DNA of 39,144 nucleotides from Octopus bimaculoides (taxonomy: Eukaryota): positions 187,508,241 to 187,547,384 of the forward strand of contig NC_068981.1 in assembly GCF_001194135.2 (NCBI RefSeq). Reading direction: 5' to 3'. Under the pieces are notes generated by a model. It saw only the letters and a program-made list of their open reading frames with translations. It was not told where the DNA came from and ran no database searches. This document shows, in pieces, positions 1 through 12,393 of this stretch. Both the position numbers and the translations under genes were made by a program. The stretch's first letter is position 1. Every line of letters starts with the position of its first letter.

Positions 1-444
1 ATATATATATATATATGTATATGTATATATATGTATGTATTTATGTATATGTATATATAAAATTATAATTTAGGGTATCTAAGAGATACCACCACGCTGG
101 AAATAGCAGTCAAAGCCTGACTCTAAAACCACAATAAATCTTCATATAGCACCAGGAGAGAAGACGACGAGACAAAATAAACTAGCAAAAATTACTGGAT
201 AATTCTAGATCCCGGATTTCTGGCTCTGCATAAGAAACGCTTTGCCTCATCAGTGGAATATACTCAGAAAAGCATATAAATACAAATATATATATTCAAC
301 ATACGATATACTTACATACACGAGCGTATACATACATATATATGCACGTATATACACGACCAGTTTGAATTGCCCGCCTAAAAGTTCCTCGTGCGATATG
401 GTCAGAATACCACTGCATTAGCAGATTTATAATGAAAGACCAAT

Positions 445-565
445 GTTGTATTTAGGGTCATATTATCTGATAGTTTTTTTTCCTTATTAAAGACAGTATA
501 GTATGTTTTGATAGAAATTTGGGGAATATTTTTAGCTGGTCGAATAATAACGAAGAAATCCCATG
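445..565 (-). repeat. Fragment of interspersed repeat family C (unclassified retroposon-like, (CAA)n tail)
   Basis: By-eye similarity to copies at 1878-2088, 7481-7690, 10345-10540 and 37262-37465. Confidence 0.5.
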
Positions 566-1227
566 TCGACTTATTACTATTCTCGATCGTGCGTGCGGCA
601 TTTAGTTGAGATCGCTAGTTGTCCATCCAGTGTTGGTTTGCCGTTGTATGATAAGTTTAGCGTAATCAGTAGACCGTAATGAGAAATACGTTCCAAACAG
701 GTCCCTCGACGAATGGAGAACTCTGGTTTGTTACTGAATTGTGGAGTGGTATGTCTGTATAAACAGGTAGAAATATACAAACAAACAAACTTTTCGACAG
801 TTTTACAGAGTTGTGAGTCAAATCAACAAGAAGCATTCTACGTAATTGTTCAATTTGCAAGAGATAACAGCAAAATAGCCCTCAAAATACATGCAATCGT
901 CTTTCAGAATTAACAGGACACGTTTGATCATGTAATCTTGGTTACAGTTTATCATAATAATAAAAGAAAAGAAAAAAAAGAAACGCGAGAGAGAAAAAAG
1001 ATGAAATGTTTCCGTCTGAAACGCTTTGATCATGTCTTTTTCGATCAGGGATAGTTTAGGACAAAACAACAACGGCAGTGACGAAGAAAAGAACAACAAC
1101 AATAACAACAACAGTAGCAGTAGCAGCAGCAGCAGCAGCAACTACAGGGCTGCAACTACTTTTCAGAAGTGTTTTTATCCAGACAAGATACGAATTGTCT
1201 CTCCCCAGCCACCACTTCCTTCTCTTA

Positions 1228-1230
<3 letters not shown>

Positions 1231-1318
<88 letters not shown>
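1231..1318. repeat. (TA)n microsatellite
   Basis: Perfect TA run; it generates the spurious IYIY ORFs. Confidence 0.97.
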
Positions 1319-1321
<3 letters not shown>

Positions 1322-1877
1322 TACATACATGGTGCACTATCTATTCGGGCACATCTGTTCTCAGATATAATTTTGCATTATGTTAGATGTTGTTTGAAGC
1401 ATGCATTTAAAATGGCCGATATTCATAGTAACATACACTTCGCTTGATTTGGTTCGTGTCATTTTCTACATTTGCAATTCATCATTATTACCGCTAACAT
1501 ACATATATTACAGTTCACTTATTATTGTTAGCCAAAATAAGCATTACAAACACGAGTTGAATATGCAAATGAAGTTATAGAAAATAAATTGGATATTTTT
1601 ATATTTCTGTTGTAGGTTTGTTTTTGGTGGTGTTGTTATTGATGTCGTTGGCGGTGGCGGATATTTCTATAATGTATTTAATTTTATATATTTCTATATA
1701 GTTTGTGAAACCCCCCGCTGTAATGAACAGATACACAATTTCATATGCAGTTTCTACAATTTAACCACGTTTTAGTTTTTCACGAAAGATCAGCTATTGT
1801 TGTCGTCATCGTCGCCGTGGTGGTGGTGGTGGTCACTGTGGTGGTGGTGGTCATTCCCTTGGTCGTCTTCGTTGTTA

Positions 1878-2088
1878 TTGTTATTATGTAACACCAGATC
1901 GGTCTCGACTAAGTAGAACTGTGATCAAAAGCAAAGCGTTCCAACCTCCACGACCATCTCAATTTATTTTCATAATGTACAAGGATCTACATTAACTAAT
2001 ATGATCTTTTTTAAGTAATGTCGGAAGTGGTTTCGAAAGAATTTAGCTACTGTTTACAACAGGTCAAGTGATTGTAAAGAGCCTCCAT
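1878..2088 (-). repeat. Interspersed repeat family C copy
   Basis: (TTG/TTA)n then ...gatcggtctcgactaagtagaactgtgatcaaaagc...gaatttagctactgtttacaacaggtcaagtg; reverse-complement match to 10345-10540. Confidence 0.55.
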
Positions 2089-2240
2089 CTAAAAGACTTT
2101 GTGACATTCATTCCTTCGTTAGATTTAATATAAACGACTTATTTATTTATATTTGCAAACCGAAACAAGAGCACGAACTCAAGCTGGAAAATATTTCTAT
2201 TTTAGGAGTTTCGTTTACTCACGTATAGACAGAAATAATA

Positions 2241-2446
2241 TTTATTTAAAATTTTGGCACAAGGCCAGCAATTTCAGGGAAGGGGATAAGTCGATTACAT
2301 CGACCCCAGCGCTCAATTAGTACTTATTTTGTCGACCCTGAAAGGATCGAAAAACAATGTCAGCTTCAGCGGAATTTGAACTCAGAACTTAGCAGATGAA
2401 ATGCCGCTAAGTATTTTGCCCGGTGTGTTAATATTTCTACCAGGTT
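2241..2446 (-). mobile_element. SINE-A copy (tRNA-derived, slightly 5'-truncated) with 12-bp TSD
   Basis: B-box gagttcaaattcc on the minus strand; direct repeat acagaaataata at 2229-2240 and 2447-2458. Confidence 0.8.
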
Positions 2447-2658
2447 ACAGAAATAATAATTATTTCAAATTTTTGCCACAAAGGCAGCTTGGTGGAGGTG
2501 GGGACTAATCGATTACATCGACCGCAGTGTTCGACTAGTACTTATTTTATCGAACCCGAAAGGATGAAAAGCAAAGTCAACCTCGGTGGAATTTGAACTC
2601 AGAACGTAACGACGGGTGAAACACCACTAAGCATTTCGTCCAGCGTGCTAACGGTTCT

Positions 2659-4344
2659 AATTTTTTTTTAATTACCCATGAGGGGCGAACATAGAGGTGA
2701 CAATACACAACATGTGGAGATATACAAACAGGGAAACAAGTTAGAACCAACGTATGAAAAAATGATATGAGAACTGAAATGAAAAATGGAATGAAGCCTC
2801 TCTGCCCCACTTCATAGCAGCTTCATTTATACCTTTTAAACTTCGTTCCCGCTAGAATATCGATTCCAAATTCTTCCACCACTCCCTCATACGTCATAAA
2901 CTGTGGTAATACGTCCCAATCCAATTTCACTTCCCAACACCTTTATCCGCTTTTATATCTCGTTATTTTTTCTTTCTGTTCATCCGAGCACAACACGCAA
3001 CAGTTCCATCCCTTAATATTGTCAAAACTCGTTGTTCCAACTGCTTTAAAGTCTTCCCAAGATAACACTTCTTTACACAATTTTTTCATTTGAGTCATCA
3101 TACATTACTGTGTGGCATTGTTTTTTTTTTGTCTGGTGGGAGTGACTTTGGGACTTCTTGTCTGTTTGTACACTTTTCTGTGTCAGAGAGGGATGGGTAG
3201 GTTTGGTGTCTGTAGGGGGAGGGTGGGCCGAAGAAGGTGTGGGTAGGTGTTGGGTGGTTATGGGGGCTTATCTTTTTCTTTTTCCTATTGTTTCCCATTC
3301 GTTGTCTGTTTCTTTCTTCTCTACTTTTTTCTTCCTCCTTATTTTCTTGCTCTTTCTGAGGTTCTTGTATCTCCGCCATCTTTTTGGTCGGTGAAAAGCA
3401 GTCCACTCTGATGTGGCCCTCCAGGCCACATTTAAAGCATCGAGGGATTCTGCCCTCCACCCTGACACTCATCATCATGTCGTCCATGATTATTGTTTCT
3501 GTAATGTTTTCTAGGGTTTCGGTTGAACCTTGAATAATCATGTCCAGTATCTGTCCCTTCCATATAACACTTTGCGTTTTTGTGGCCTGGATAACCGCTG
3601 AGTTGTCCTCATTTCCCAGAAGGACAGCGGCTGCAATCCAGACCACATCTATCTCCGGCGGAATTCCTTACACCCTAACTCTGGTCAGCGTTGTCCACGG
3701 TAAGTGGGCAAAAGCACCACTTCCTCACTCTTAATGGAAGTCACTGCGTGTTTTTTTGCTGTTGCCGCGTCCTTGAATCTCACCTCCACTACTCCGAACT
3801 TAGTATCTCTCGCAAGGTACACAATTTCATGCTATATTGGTCTTAACGCTTTCTTTATTTGACCCGTGGTCATGACGTCAATTTTTCCTTCAATTATTGA
3901 AAATGTTTTGTACAAAATTGTTCTTTCTTTGATATTATTAAATGTCTCTTGCGGGNNNNNNNNNNNNNGGGGGGGGGTGCAATTTAACGTCAAATCCATC
4001 CCGACTTAAATAGATTTTTGTAATTTTCAAATTCACCAATATTAATATAATTTTCCTGGCACTTTGCCACGTCCGCAAAGTGTCTCTTTTCTTCATTTAA
4101 TTTTTCGTCCATTTTCTTGACCGTTTTCAAAACATTTTTCCTCTGAAGATGACATATCTGAAAAGCTGAAGACTTCTTCAGGCATTTTTTTCACTAATGA
4201 GGAGGGGAAGCACAAACTAATTGCTGCAAAGCAGCACAAAAACAGTTAATTGAAGTGTTTAAAACACTAAAACAAAATAAACGATGTTAACACTGTGTAA
4301 ATACCGTCAAAAATGACTCACGTAGACCTTGAAAAATACCGGAA
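2659..4344 (-). mobile_element. Non-autonomous, ORF1/gag-only non-LTR retroelement (HAL1-like), apparently full length
   Basis: TSD gcgtgctaacg(g/a)tt(c/t)t at 2643-2658 and 4345-4360; 3' A-tail (T-run 2661-2669 on plus); ~160-bp 5' and 3' UTRs; single disrupted ORF; no RT or endonuclease. Contains a 13-nt N gap at 3956-3968. Confidence 0.8.
2823..4185 (-). pseudogene. Disrupted gag/ORF1-like nucleic-acid-binding protein (~450 aa) with a CCHC zinc knuckle
   Basis: ATG at 4185 (MPEEVFSF...), then ...EKRHFADVAK..., ...KFGVVEVRFKDAATAKKHA..., LTRVRV*GIPPEIDVVWIAAAVLLG..., RVEGRIPRCFKCGLEGHIRVDC (C-x2-C-x4-H-x4-C), a Lys/Glu-rich linker and ...GIDILAGTKFKRYK* (TGA 2823-2825). Several stops and frameshifts. 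Confidence 0.8.
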
Positions 4345-4384
4345 GCGTGCTAACGATTTTGCCAGCTCACCGCCTTGCAGGCAG

Positions 4385-4521
4385 AAATAATCCTTTCTAT
4401 TGAAAACACAAGGCCTGAAATTTTGGCGGAGGGGACTAGTCGATTACATCGACCACGAAAGGCAAAGTAGAACTAAGCAGAATTTGAACTCAGATCGTAG
4501 CGACGGGCGAAATACCACTAA
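4385..4521 (-). mobile_element. SINE-A, 5'-truncated and internally deleted
   Basis: aatcctttctattgaaaacacaaggcctgaaattttgg...aatttgaactcagatcgtagcgacgggcgaaatacc. Confidence 0.75.
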
Positions 4522-5088
4522 ACAATAATAAACGGAAATATATTTATATACCGTTCGTGAATACACATACAGATGGACATTAACATGTGCATAACAGCAA
4601 TTAGTGATAGAAGACTAAATATTTCTATATGGCATCAGAATAAATGAAGAAAAACTCTAATTTCTATTCTAATTACATTATTGATTTTTTTCTGTCTTAT
4701 TTGAAGTCTCTAACATACACGCTGATTTTCACGTACATTTATACACCAATCTATGCATGCATGTATCAGTACGAGTATCTACATAATTCTCTGTCTTTCT
4801 TCCTCTCTCTCTCTCTCTCTCTCTTTCTTTCCCTCTCTCTCTCTTTCGTTCTCTCTCTCTAAGTTCAATAAAGATTGTTTTATAATTGGTTTTATCAATT
4901 GAGATTTTGTCATGCTGGAACACTGCCACAACTTTTTGAAGTTCTTCACTAAATTATGTTTCCTCTGTTGTTTTGCTAATGATATTATTGACGCGTAGCT
5001 TGAACTTACTATTTGATTTTATAGATTGTCTATAATTAAAGTACTCATTAATATTCGTTCTGTTACTGTTGCTATTGTATTAGCTATA

Positions 5089-5700
5089 GGCGCAGGAGTG
5101 GCTGTGGGGTAAGTAGCTTGCTTACCAACCACATGGTTCCGGGTTCAGTCCTACTGCGTGGCACCTTGGACAAGTGTCTTCTACTATAGCCTCGAGCTGA
5201 CCAAAGCCTTGTGAGTGGATTTGGTAGACGGAAACTGAAAGAAGCCCGTCGTATATGTGTATATATATATATATNNNNNNNNNNNNNNNNNNNNNNNNNN
5301 NNNNNNNNNNNNNNNNNNNNNNNNNNNNNNNNNNNNNNNNNNNNNNNNNNNNNNNNNNNNNNNNNNNNNNNNNNNNNNNNNNNNNNNNNNNNNNNNNNNN
5401 NNNNNNNNNNNNNNNNNNNNNNNNNNNNNNNNNNNNNNNNNNNNNNNNNNNNNNNNNNNNNNNNNNNNNNNNNNNNNNNNNNNNNNNNNNNNNNNNNNNN
5501 NNNNNNNNNCTGTGTTTGTCTCCCAGAATCGCCTGGCAACTGATGCTGGTGTGTTTACATCCCCGTAACCTAGCGGTTCGGCAAAAGAGACGGTTAGAAT
5601 AAGTACTAGGCTTACAAAGAATAAGTCCTGGGGTTGATATACTCGACTAAAGGTGGTGCTCCAGCATGGCCGCAGTCAAATGACTGAAACAAATAAAAGA
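5089..5700 (+). mobile_element. SINE-B (tRNA-derived, internal TA/TG microsatellite spanning an N gap)
   Basis: ggcgcaggagtggctgtgggg...ggttcagtcc (B-box)...gaagcccgtc-(TA)n-gap-...ctccagcatggccgcagtcaaatgactgaaac; more than 10 related copies in the window. Confidence 0.88.
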
Positions 5701-5740
<40 letters not shown>

Positions 5741-7194
5741 GTAGTAGTAGTGGTTGTTGTTGTAGTTGTTGTTGTTTAGTCCCAGGTCAACCCTTTACTT
5801 TTAGGCATGTGATCACAACTAGGATGGTGCCATTGCTATAAGCACAAGTACCCAACATCGCATCCCAAAAATTACCGTTCGGCTGATTGACACAGAATCT
5901 CCCCAAAACAACATACTACATCCCCTGTTACTGTAACTTCTCTGGAGAAGATACAACATGTCCCGATACTGTTAGTATCACCAGATAGAGTACTGGAGTC
6001 GATTTGTTCGGTGCCCCAGCTTGGCCGCTGTCTGATGACTGAAAGAAGTAAACCAAAGGATAAACAAGAACCATTGATAACAACTCTTCCCTTAAAACTC
6101 CACTAAACACACTACACATGATTCTCCCCATTTTGAATATTTATCCTCGTTGTACACATTTCCTTTAGCCGTCAATTTCCAAATGTTCAAGAGAAACGGT
6201 AAAAGCATCAACATCTCCGATCTTAGACTCGCTCGAAAGCTATGAGTACAACCTATTTCCCCAGATTAAAAAAACGTTGTTTTAACATTTTCCATTCTAT
6301 CTCTTTGTAAATCAATGAATACATTGTTTTGTCTGTATCGCTTTCTATTTAAGACGACAGTAAAGTATTATTTATTTATGCGCTCTTTTAAATCCTAGCC
6401 AGGCTCATGGGCCCGGTTTCTATGGCGTATTCCCCCCCCCCCAGCTAGACGGGACGCCAGTACATCGCAGTTTTACTCAAGAAACAGTGAGAGTTGGGGC
6501 GAAAGATTCCAACAGGGCGAAAGATTCCACACAGTAAGGTATTACTTGAGTGATATTTGGTTGCTATTTCTAGCAGGTCGAACGAAGCGGTCACATAACG
6601 GCCCCTTTACTGGTTACTTATTTGTATTGTTTAAGTCAAGTGAACGCCATTCACATATCTTAAGATATAACTTAATAGACATTCATACATAAATGTAAAG
6701 CGGTCACGTCTAAATCACAAACTGACCTCTGACCTTATCTCGAGGCTATGACTCAGTTTCAATCGAAGGTCTTTCGCCACTCTTCTTCCCGTTATTACAC
6801 CGGACACAAAATGTTTGTGCGTATCTGGTTTTAGTATCATAGAGTGTCACAGTTTGTGGTGCAGTGTAATCAATTCCAGTTAAAATATTTCCGTATTCTC
6901 TTCTTTGCATTTCTAGTACACAATACACAACCATTTTGATAATAACATTGGCATTTTAATTTCGTTAGACACGTTTAATAAATGCAAAGATTCTGGAGGC
7001 TTGCCCTTCGGTGACGTACATAGCATGCAGTCCATTGCCTACATTTCAGTGTTCAACCTTTAGAAAAACAGGTTAAGTACCAACAAAATATTTTACCGGA
7101 AAACCAGACACGTGATTTCCTGTTGATGTTGAAGGCTTGTTAGCTTATAATATCATCAACGATGCTGAATGTTTGGGCTGAGAGGAAAGAGAAA

Positions 7195-7199
7195 GAGAA

Positions 7200-7270
<71 letters not shown>
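7195..7270. repeat. (GA)n microsatellite
   Basis: Direct reading. Confidence 0.95.
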
Positions 7271-7274
<4 letters not shown>

Positions 7275-7321
7275 ATAGAGAGAAGGGAGAGATAGTGTAT
7301 GGAGAAATTACATACAATATT

Positions 7322-7465
7322 AAATTCTACTCTAGGCACAAGGTCAGAAATTTTGGGGGAGGGGGCCAGTCAACTAAATCGACCCCAGTACGCAACTGGT
7401 ACTTAATTTATCGACTCCGAAAGAATGAAAAGCAAAGTCGACCTCGGCGGAATTTGAACTCAGAA
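7322..7465 (-). mobile_element. SINE-A, 5'-truncated
   Basis: tctactctaggcacaagg...gtcgacctcggcggaatttgaactcagaa. Confidence 0.85.
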
Positions 7466-7480
7466 ATTACCCAGAAATAA

Positions 7481-7690
7481 GAGGGAGTCTCTTTGTAGTA
7501 GCTCGACTTGGTAAAGATAATAGTCAATTTCTCTTAAACTATGTTATACTTTCTTCAAAAAGAAAAAAAAATGAGTAATACATTGGACAACCGAGCTTCA
7601 GGATACGCAGAAAAAGACGGCAGATGACGACTTTGAATTACAGGTGTGATATATCAGAAATGACCAAAGGTGGAGAAAGGCTAAACAACA
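7481..7690 (+). repeat. Interspersed repeat family C copy
   Basis: gggagtctctttgtagtagctcgacttgg...aggctaaacaacatc; similar to 10345-10540. Confidence 0.5.
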
Positions 7691-8379
7691 TCACTATCAT
7701 CACCAGCACCACCAATAACAATAATAACAACAGCAACAAAACACCTCTGTAGTTATAAGGAGAATAAACTGAAATTTCAACATGATAGGGATCTCAGTTA
7801 CATCATCATACGTGGTTGACTTAAATCGTTGCCTATCATTTAGGACTTGCGGGTCTTTAGCGAAGTTCACTGTGTTACAAGTATTTGAATCAAGTTCAAA
7901 CTCTCGCAATAGAGTTGAGTTTTCGCGCGTTCAGGTTTCTGGTTTGGGTCCGAGAAGACTTCTATTTACCCACCAGTATCCCTACTGATACTTGAAACTG
8001 TCGTGGCACCGCCCTTCTTTCTCTTGCCAAACCATTATAATAATATTTTCGTACGAGTTCCTTATAATTTGTTTAAATCAGGAAAAACTTTTTAAAACAA
8101 TTAACAGTCTCTAGACTTCCCCGGTCTCATTATCTGGATGATGTAATTTTGGCCTGCGTTACTCCCGTTCTCTATAAGGCAAAGTCAATGTGATTGGTGT
8201 CAATATTAACACAGAAATTCGAATGGCGAATGTAGCTTCATAAAATGAGAGCAACAAATGTCAGGACAATTTTATCCATCAGGTGGAGACAGAAGATACT
8301 TTGATGGTGGATTTAGCAACTTCATTGCTCCTCCACCAAAAAAAGCAAGGAAGAACTTTTTTGGAAATATTGAAACAAA

Positions 8380-8523
<144 letters not shown>

Positions 8524-8756
8524 CCAAGTATGGTTACATTGTTATCAGCAACATACATGATCTTCCAAGGAAGATTAGATTCTACTCCAACGATTCTCAG
8601 CCTTTTGTTATCGTGACCGATTTTTGGAAAATCAATAATCATCCGTGACCTTTTTCTTTTTTAAAAATGTTTAATTAAAAATCAATTTTCCGAAGATATA
8701 TATGCCAATTGATTGCACTTAACAATTGATACTTTTCTTGGCGAAATATTCGTATA

Positions 8757-8895
8757 GCCGCTGGAGTGGCTGCTTCCTAACCACATCGTTCCGAGTTCAA
8801 TCTCACTGCGTGGAACCTTGGGTAAGTGTCCATCAATTCTTGACAATCGGTGTTGGTGTGTTTACGTCCCCGTAACTTAGCATTTCCGCAAAAAG
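8757..8895 (+). mobile_element. SINE-B, internally deleted remnant
   Basis: Head gctggagtggctg...gagttcaatctcactgcgtgg joined to the 3' part gtgtttacgtccccgtaacttagc. Confidence 0.75.
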
Positions 8896-9075
8896 ACACT
8901 GATATCAATTATCTCAGAGAATCTGCTTTCAACATGCCTTCAGACATCCACTTCAAAATAGATAAAGTAAAAAAGTGTACGAGAAATGAAAAATATGGAC
9001 TGGCCAAAAGACACCTGACAGTTAATCAATTAATCAAAACCCATTTAATTCCAAGAATAAAACAGAATTATTTTA

Positions 9076-9211
9076 CAGTTCTATATTTAAGAGATGAGGA
9101 ATTATGTACATTATTTATATTATTTACATTCGACGGATATTTGTCCTCATCTTGTTTGTTGTTAACAACAAACAAGATGAGGACAAATATCCGTCGAATG
9201 TAAATAATGTA
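9076..9211. mobile_element. Fold-back insertion containing a 90-bp perfect palindrome with a 12-bp flanking direct repeat; probably a Penelope-like element terminus
   Basis: 9119-9163 is the exact reverse complement of 9164-9208; agaattatttta at 9064-9075 and 9212-9223. The Penelope assignment is from recall only. Confidence 0.7.
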
Positions 9212-9478
9212 AGAATTATTTTATATGAGACTTCGCTAATAAATAGACAAATGTTGAAAAAATAATAATTTTAATGGTAATTTCAACTCACAACATTCAA
9301 TTATTAAACATTCATAACTGGAATGAATAAATAAAATTAAATATTAAGTATTTGTGGAATTTTGATTTACTGTCGGGTGACTTATGGCTAACTTTGTATA
9401 TGAAAAAAATATTTCATAAAAAAAGTATATATATTAAAAAAAAAAAGACTTTGTTTTAGGAATCTGTTNNNNNNNNNN

Positions 9479-9518
<40 letters not shown>

Positions 9519-10344
9519 CATATACATGAATATGTACACACATACGATATAAAAGTGTAACTGGAGCAACCAACCAACCAACCAACTAACAAATCTTTAT
9601 ACCGGCTGTTATAAATATTTCGAGACAGATATTACTTTTCAATGAAGTGCACAAATAGACAGACGTAATTTTGTTAATTTTCGCTAATTTCATTATGCTT
9701 GAACATTCTTTGTTTGTTTGCAAGCGATATAAAATAAGAGTTGCTGTTCTAGCTGTCATCTTTGTCTTGTCGAGATGGGAACGACAAGATGACGACTACA
9801 AGAATGAAACGACCACCACTTAACTTTAAAACGAAAGCAAATACACAGACATTGTAACTCTAAAGAAATGAATCACGAATATTTTACAAAGGATGAAAGA
9901 AAACTGTGTTTGTTAATATATAAATCCCATGTGAAAACGACCGATGTTTATTATAAAGGAGAATAAAAGAAAATAAAAATCAGATCGAAGATAAAAATAA
10001 TCACTTTCCAGTCCCTTAGGCTCCCTCCTGGTGACCTACACATCTATCATATTGTAAAAACTGCAACGATTAAATTTCCTCTTTAGGAATGAACACACTC
10101 GAGTCTTGTACAATTTTGACTGTTTGTAAAGCTGAAGTAAGTCTGACCTTTGAGTCCTGTTTCGATTTCTAAGGCGCTACTGCTACTACATATAGAAACA
10201 CCCAAAGATAACATCTAAAGACGGCCATTCGACTGATCGCCAAAAAGACACTTTTATAAACAAAATATAAATGTTTATTCACAGCCACACTGGTTCGTAT
10301 CTTTCTGCTTCTCTAGATGAGACTATAAAGGCTCTGCGGAGCGA

Positions 10345-10540
10345 AACAATAGACTCCCTATGTGGTCGCTCGATTTGTTAAAAATAGCAGCCTAATCTCC
10401 TTTGAATCACGTCAAATCCATTTGCGAGACAGAGGAAAGGATAAATTAAGTAATATGAAACCATGGTCGTGGTTGGAAGGCTTTTGATCATGTCTTGTCA
10501 CTCAGGGATGATCTGGATCTAATCAACAACAGCAACAATT
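10345..10540 (+). repeat. Interspersed repeat family C copy ending in (CAA)n
   Basis: gactccctatgtggtcgctcgatttgttaaaaatagcagcc...tttgatcatgtcttgtcactcagggatgatctggatctaatcaacaacagcaac. Confidence 0.6.
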
Positions 10541-10572
10541 GCTGTTACAGCAACTATTCCTGCAGTAACAAT

Positions 10573-10573
10573 A

Positions 10574-10633
<60 letters not shown>
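10573..10633. repeat. (TAC)n microsatellite
   Basis: Direct reading. Confidence 0.95.
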
Positions 10634-11827
10634 GTCTAGTGGCACACTCCCCCCATTCGTCTAGATAGCACCTGTCGCACCTTCTGGGGTCTCAGCTGCC
10701 AGATCCGGAACTAAAACACTTTACTGAATCCTTCCTCCCGCCACAACTTATTTCTTTCTGAAATTTCCTCTACGCCATTAATCTTTTGCAGACATCAGCC
10801 TACACATGTGTAAATTGAATTGAACACCAACTGCTTCGATCTTATCACAAATCATACGCATTCTGCCTCTGTTTATAAGGAAGTATTTTTTTTTCCTTTC
10901 CTCTCGTCTGTTTTATATTATTCAAAGATTGTTCATCTTGCATCCGGCAACGAATGTTGTGAAGAGATTTTCTTTCGTTTCTCCTTCTTCGTGTATTTTC
11001 AAAGTAGGATTGTTCTTTTACTTTCATCGTAGCAGGATATGAGAATTCTATCAAAGTTGCATATATTACACTTGACATTTTCTGTATTTTTCTCGCTTGA
11101 TCTTTGTCATGCCAAATTATTTTTGTATCGATAGCATTGTTATTTAACTGGGTCACGATGTTACTAGTCTACAATATGCTCAATTCTCATTATCGAATAT
11201 AAGGCATTCTTTCAGTTAGATTTCTCTTGATTAACAATAGTACATTCTCTGGGCTTTTAAATAGATGCTTCTGTGTAATTCGTTTTTATTTTTTATTCAC
11301 TTTGAAAGAGACAAAAAAACTGTTGCGCTTCTGGTCACTTATAATGCTTGCAAAATATTGATCCAACGAGAGTTTCTTGGATAAATCAAAATGTTATTCT
11401 AAGATCATGTGTGAAATAATGTTCAACGATAAATTATTAATTGATGAGAAAATTCGACCTTTCAGGTCGGTGTTTCTTCGTTGAATCATTCATCCATTTG
11501 CAGCTAATTAAGTGAAGCAGAACGAACTCGTGCATAGATTTCTGTATTAAAATATCTCTCAGTACAAAAGAACTAATATCCTTTTGGCCGTTGAGATTTC
11601 ACTCTGAGAAAACTTATTCGGTGTGACAAGTTATTATTTCAACATATTCTGCATGCACAGATTTACTATTAAAAAAAAATATCATCTCAAAATTTTAATA
11701 CAAGATATCACCATCATACCAAATGTATACAGACTGTTAGAAGGCAAGGTGCTGTGGAATTGTCTGAGATAAAATCTCTTCATAGACTTATGTGTTAAAA
11801 ATAAAATGAAATATATATACATATATA

Positions 11828-12150
11828 GGTGCAGGCGTGGTTGTGTGGTCAGAGACCTGCTTCTCAAACACCCGGTTCCGGGTTCAGTCCCACCGCGTGG
11901 CACCTTAGGCAAGTGTCTTCTACTATAGCCTCGGACCGACGAAAGCCTTGTAAGTGGATTTGGTAGACAGAAACTGAAAGAAGTCCGTCGTGTATATGTA
12001 TATATACTTACGTGTGTGTCTTTGTATCTGTGTTTATCTCCCACCATCGCTTAACAACCGATGTTGGTGTGTTTATGTCCCCGAAAATTAGCGGTTCGGT
12101 AAAAGAGACCGATAGAATAAGTAGTAGGCTTACAAGGAATAAGTACTGAA
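11828..12150 (+). mobile_element. SINE-B, near full length
   Basis: ggtgcaggcgtggttgtgtgg...ggttcagtcccaccgcgtggcacc...gaccgatagaataagtag. Confidence 0.88.
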
Positions 12151-12393
12151 AATAAGCTAAAATTGGAATAGAGTTAAGTTTTAGTAAGATAAGATGTGAA
12201 TAATTTTGAGGAAAGTGAATGAATACCAGGGTTAAGTTAAAGTGATACATACATCATTGAATACTACGTTATAGATCAGGTATCGAAGTTCCAAAGTGGT
12301 TGCGATGGACGGGGAAGGGGATCTAAAAAAAGTTTGGGTGGAAAATTGTAATTAGAATTGAGTTCTAATTGATATTAATAGTTTTAGTTTCTA

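Larger units (their letters stand above)
2460..4374 (-). mobile_element. Host SINE-A split by a 1.7-kb insertion (head 4345-4374, body 2460-2658)
   Basis: Minus-strand head ggcggtgagctggcaaaatcgttagcacgc at 4374-4345. The body resumes agaaccgttagcacgctggacgaaatg...gagttcaaattccaccgagg from 2658 downward. Confidence 0.88.

Noticed and set aside
701-748. 48-bp AG/GTATGT-bounded frame GPSTNGELWFVTELWSG, loosely like kinase subdomain V (QLWLVMELCxGG)
   Set aside because: Weak polypyrimidine tract, Trp in place of the usual Cys, and no other kinase exon found; may be chance.
818-1447. ORFs with poly-Leu, Asn, Ser or IY runs (and similar TH, CV, IY, X-rich ORFs at 5084-5602, 8258-8648, 19551-20084, 26167-26767, 31263-31741, 36634-37154, 37866-38327)
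   Set aside because: They are translations of microsatellites or N gaps and have no domain content.
6746-6934. 62-aa minus-strand ORF; also the 7700-7909 frame and the 8258 start MSGQFY...PPPKKARK
   Set aside because: No recognisable homology, no convincing splice pairs, and lengths expected by chance.
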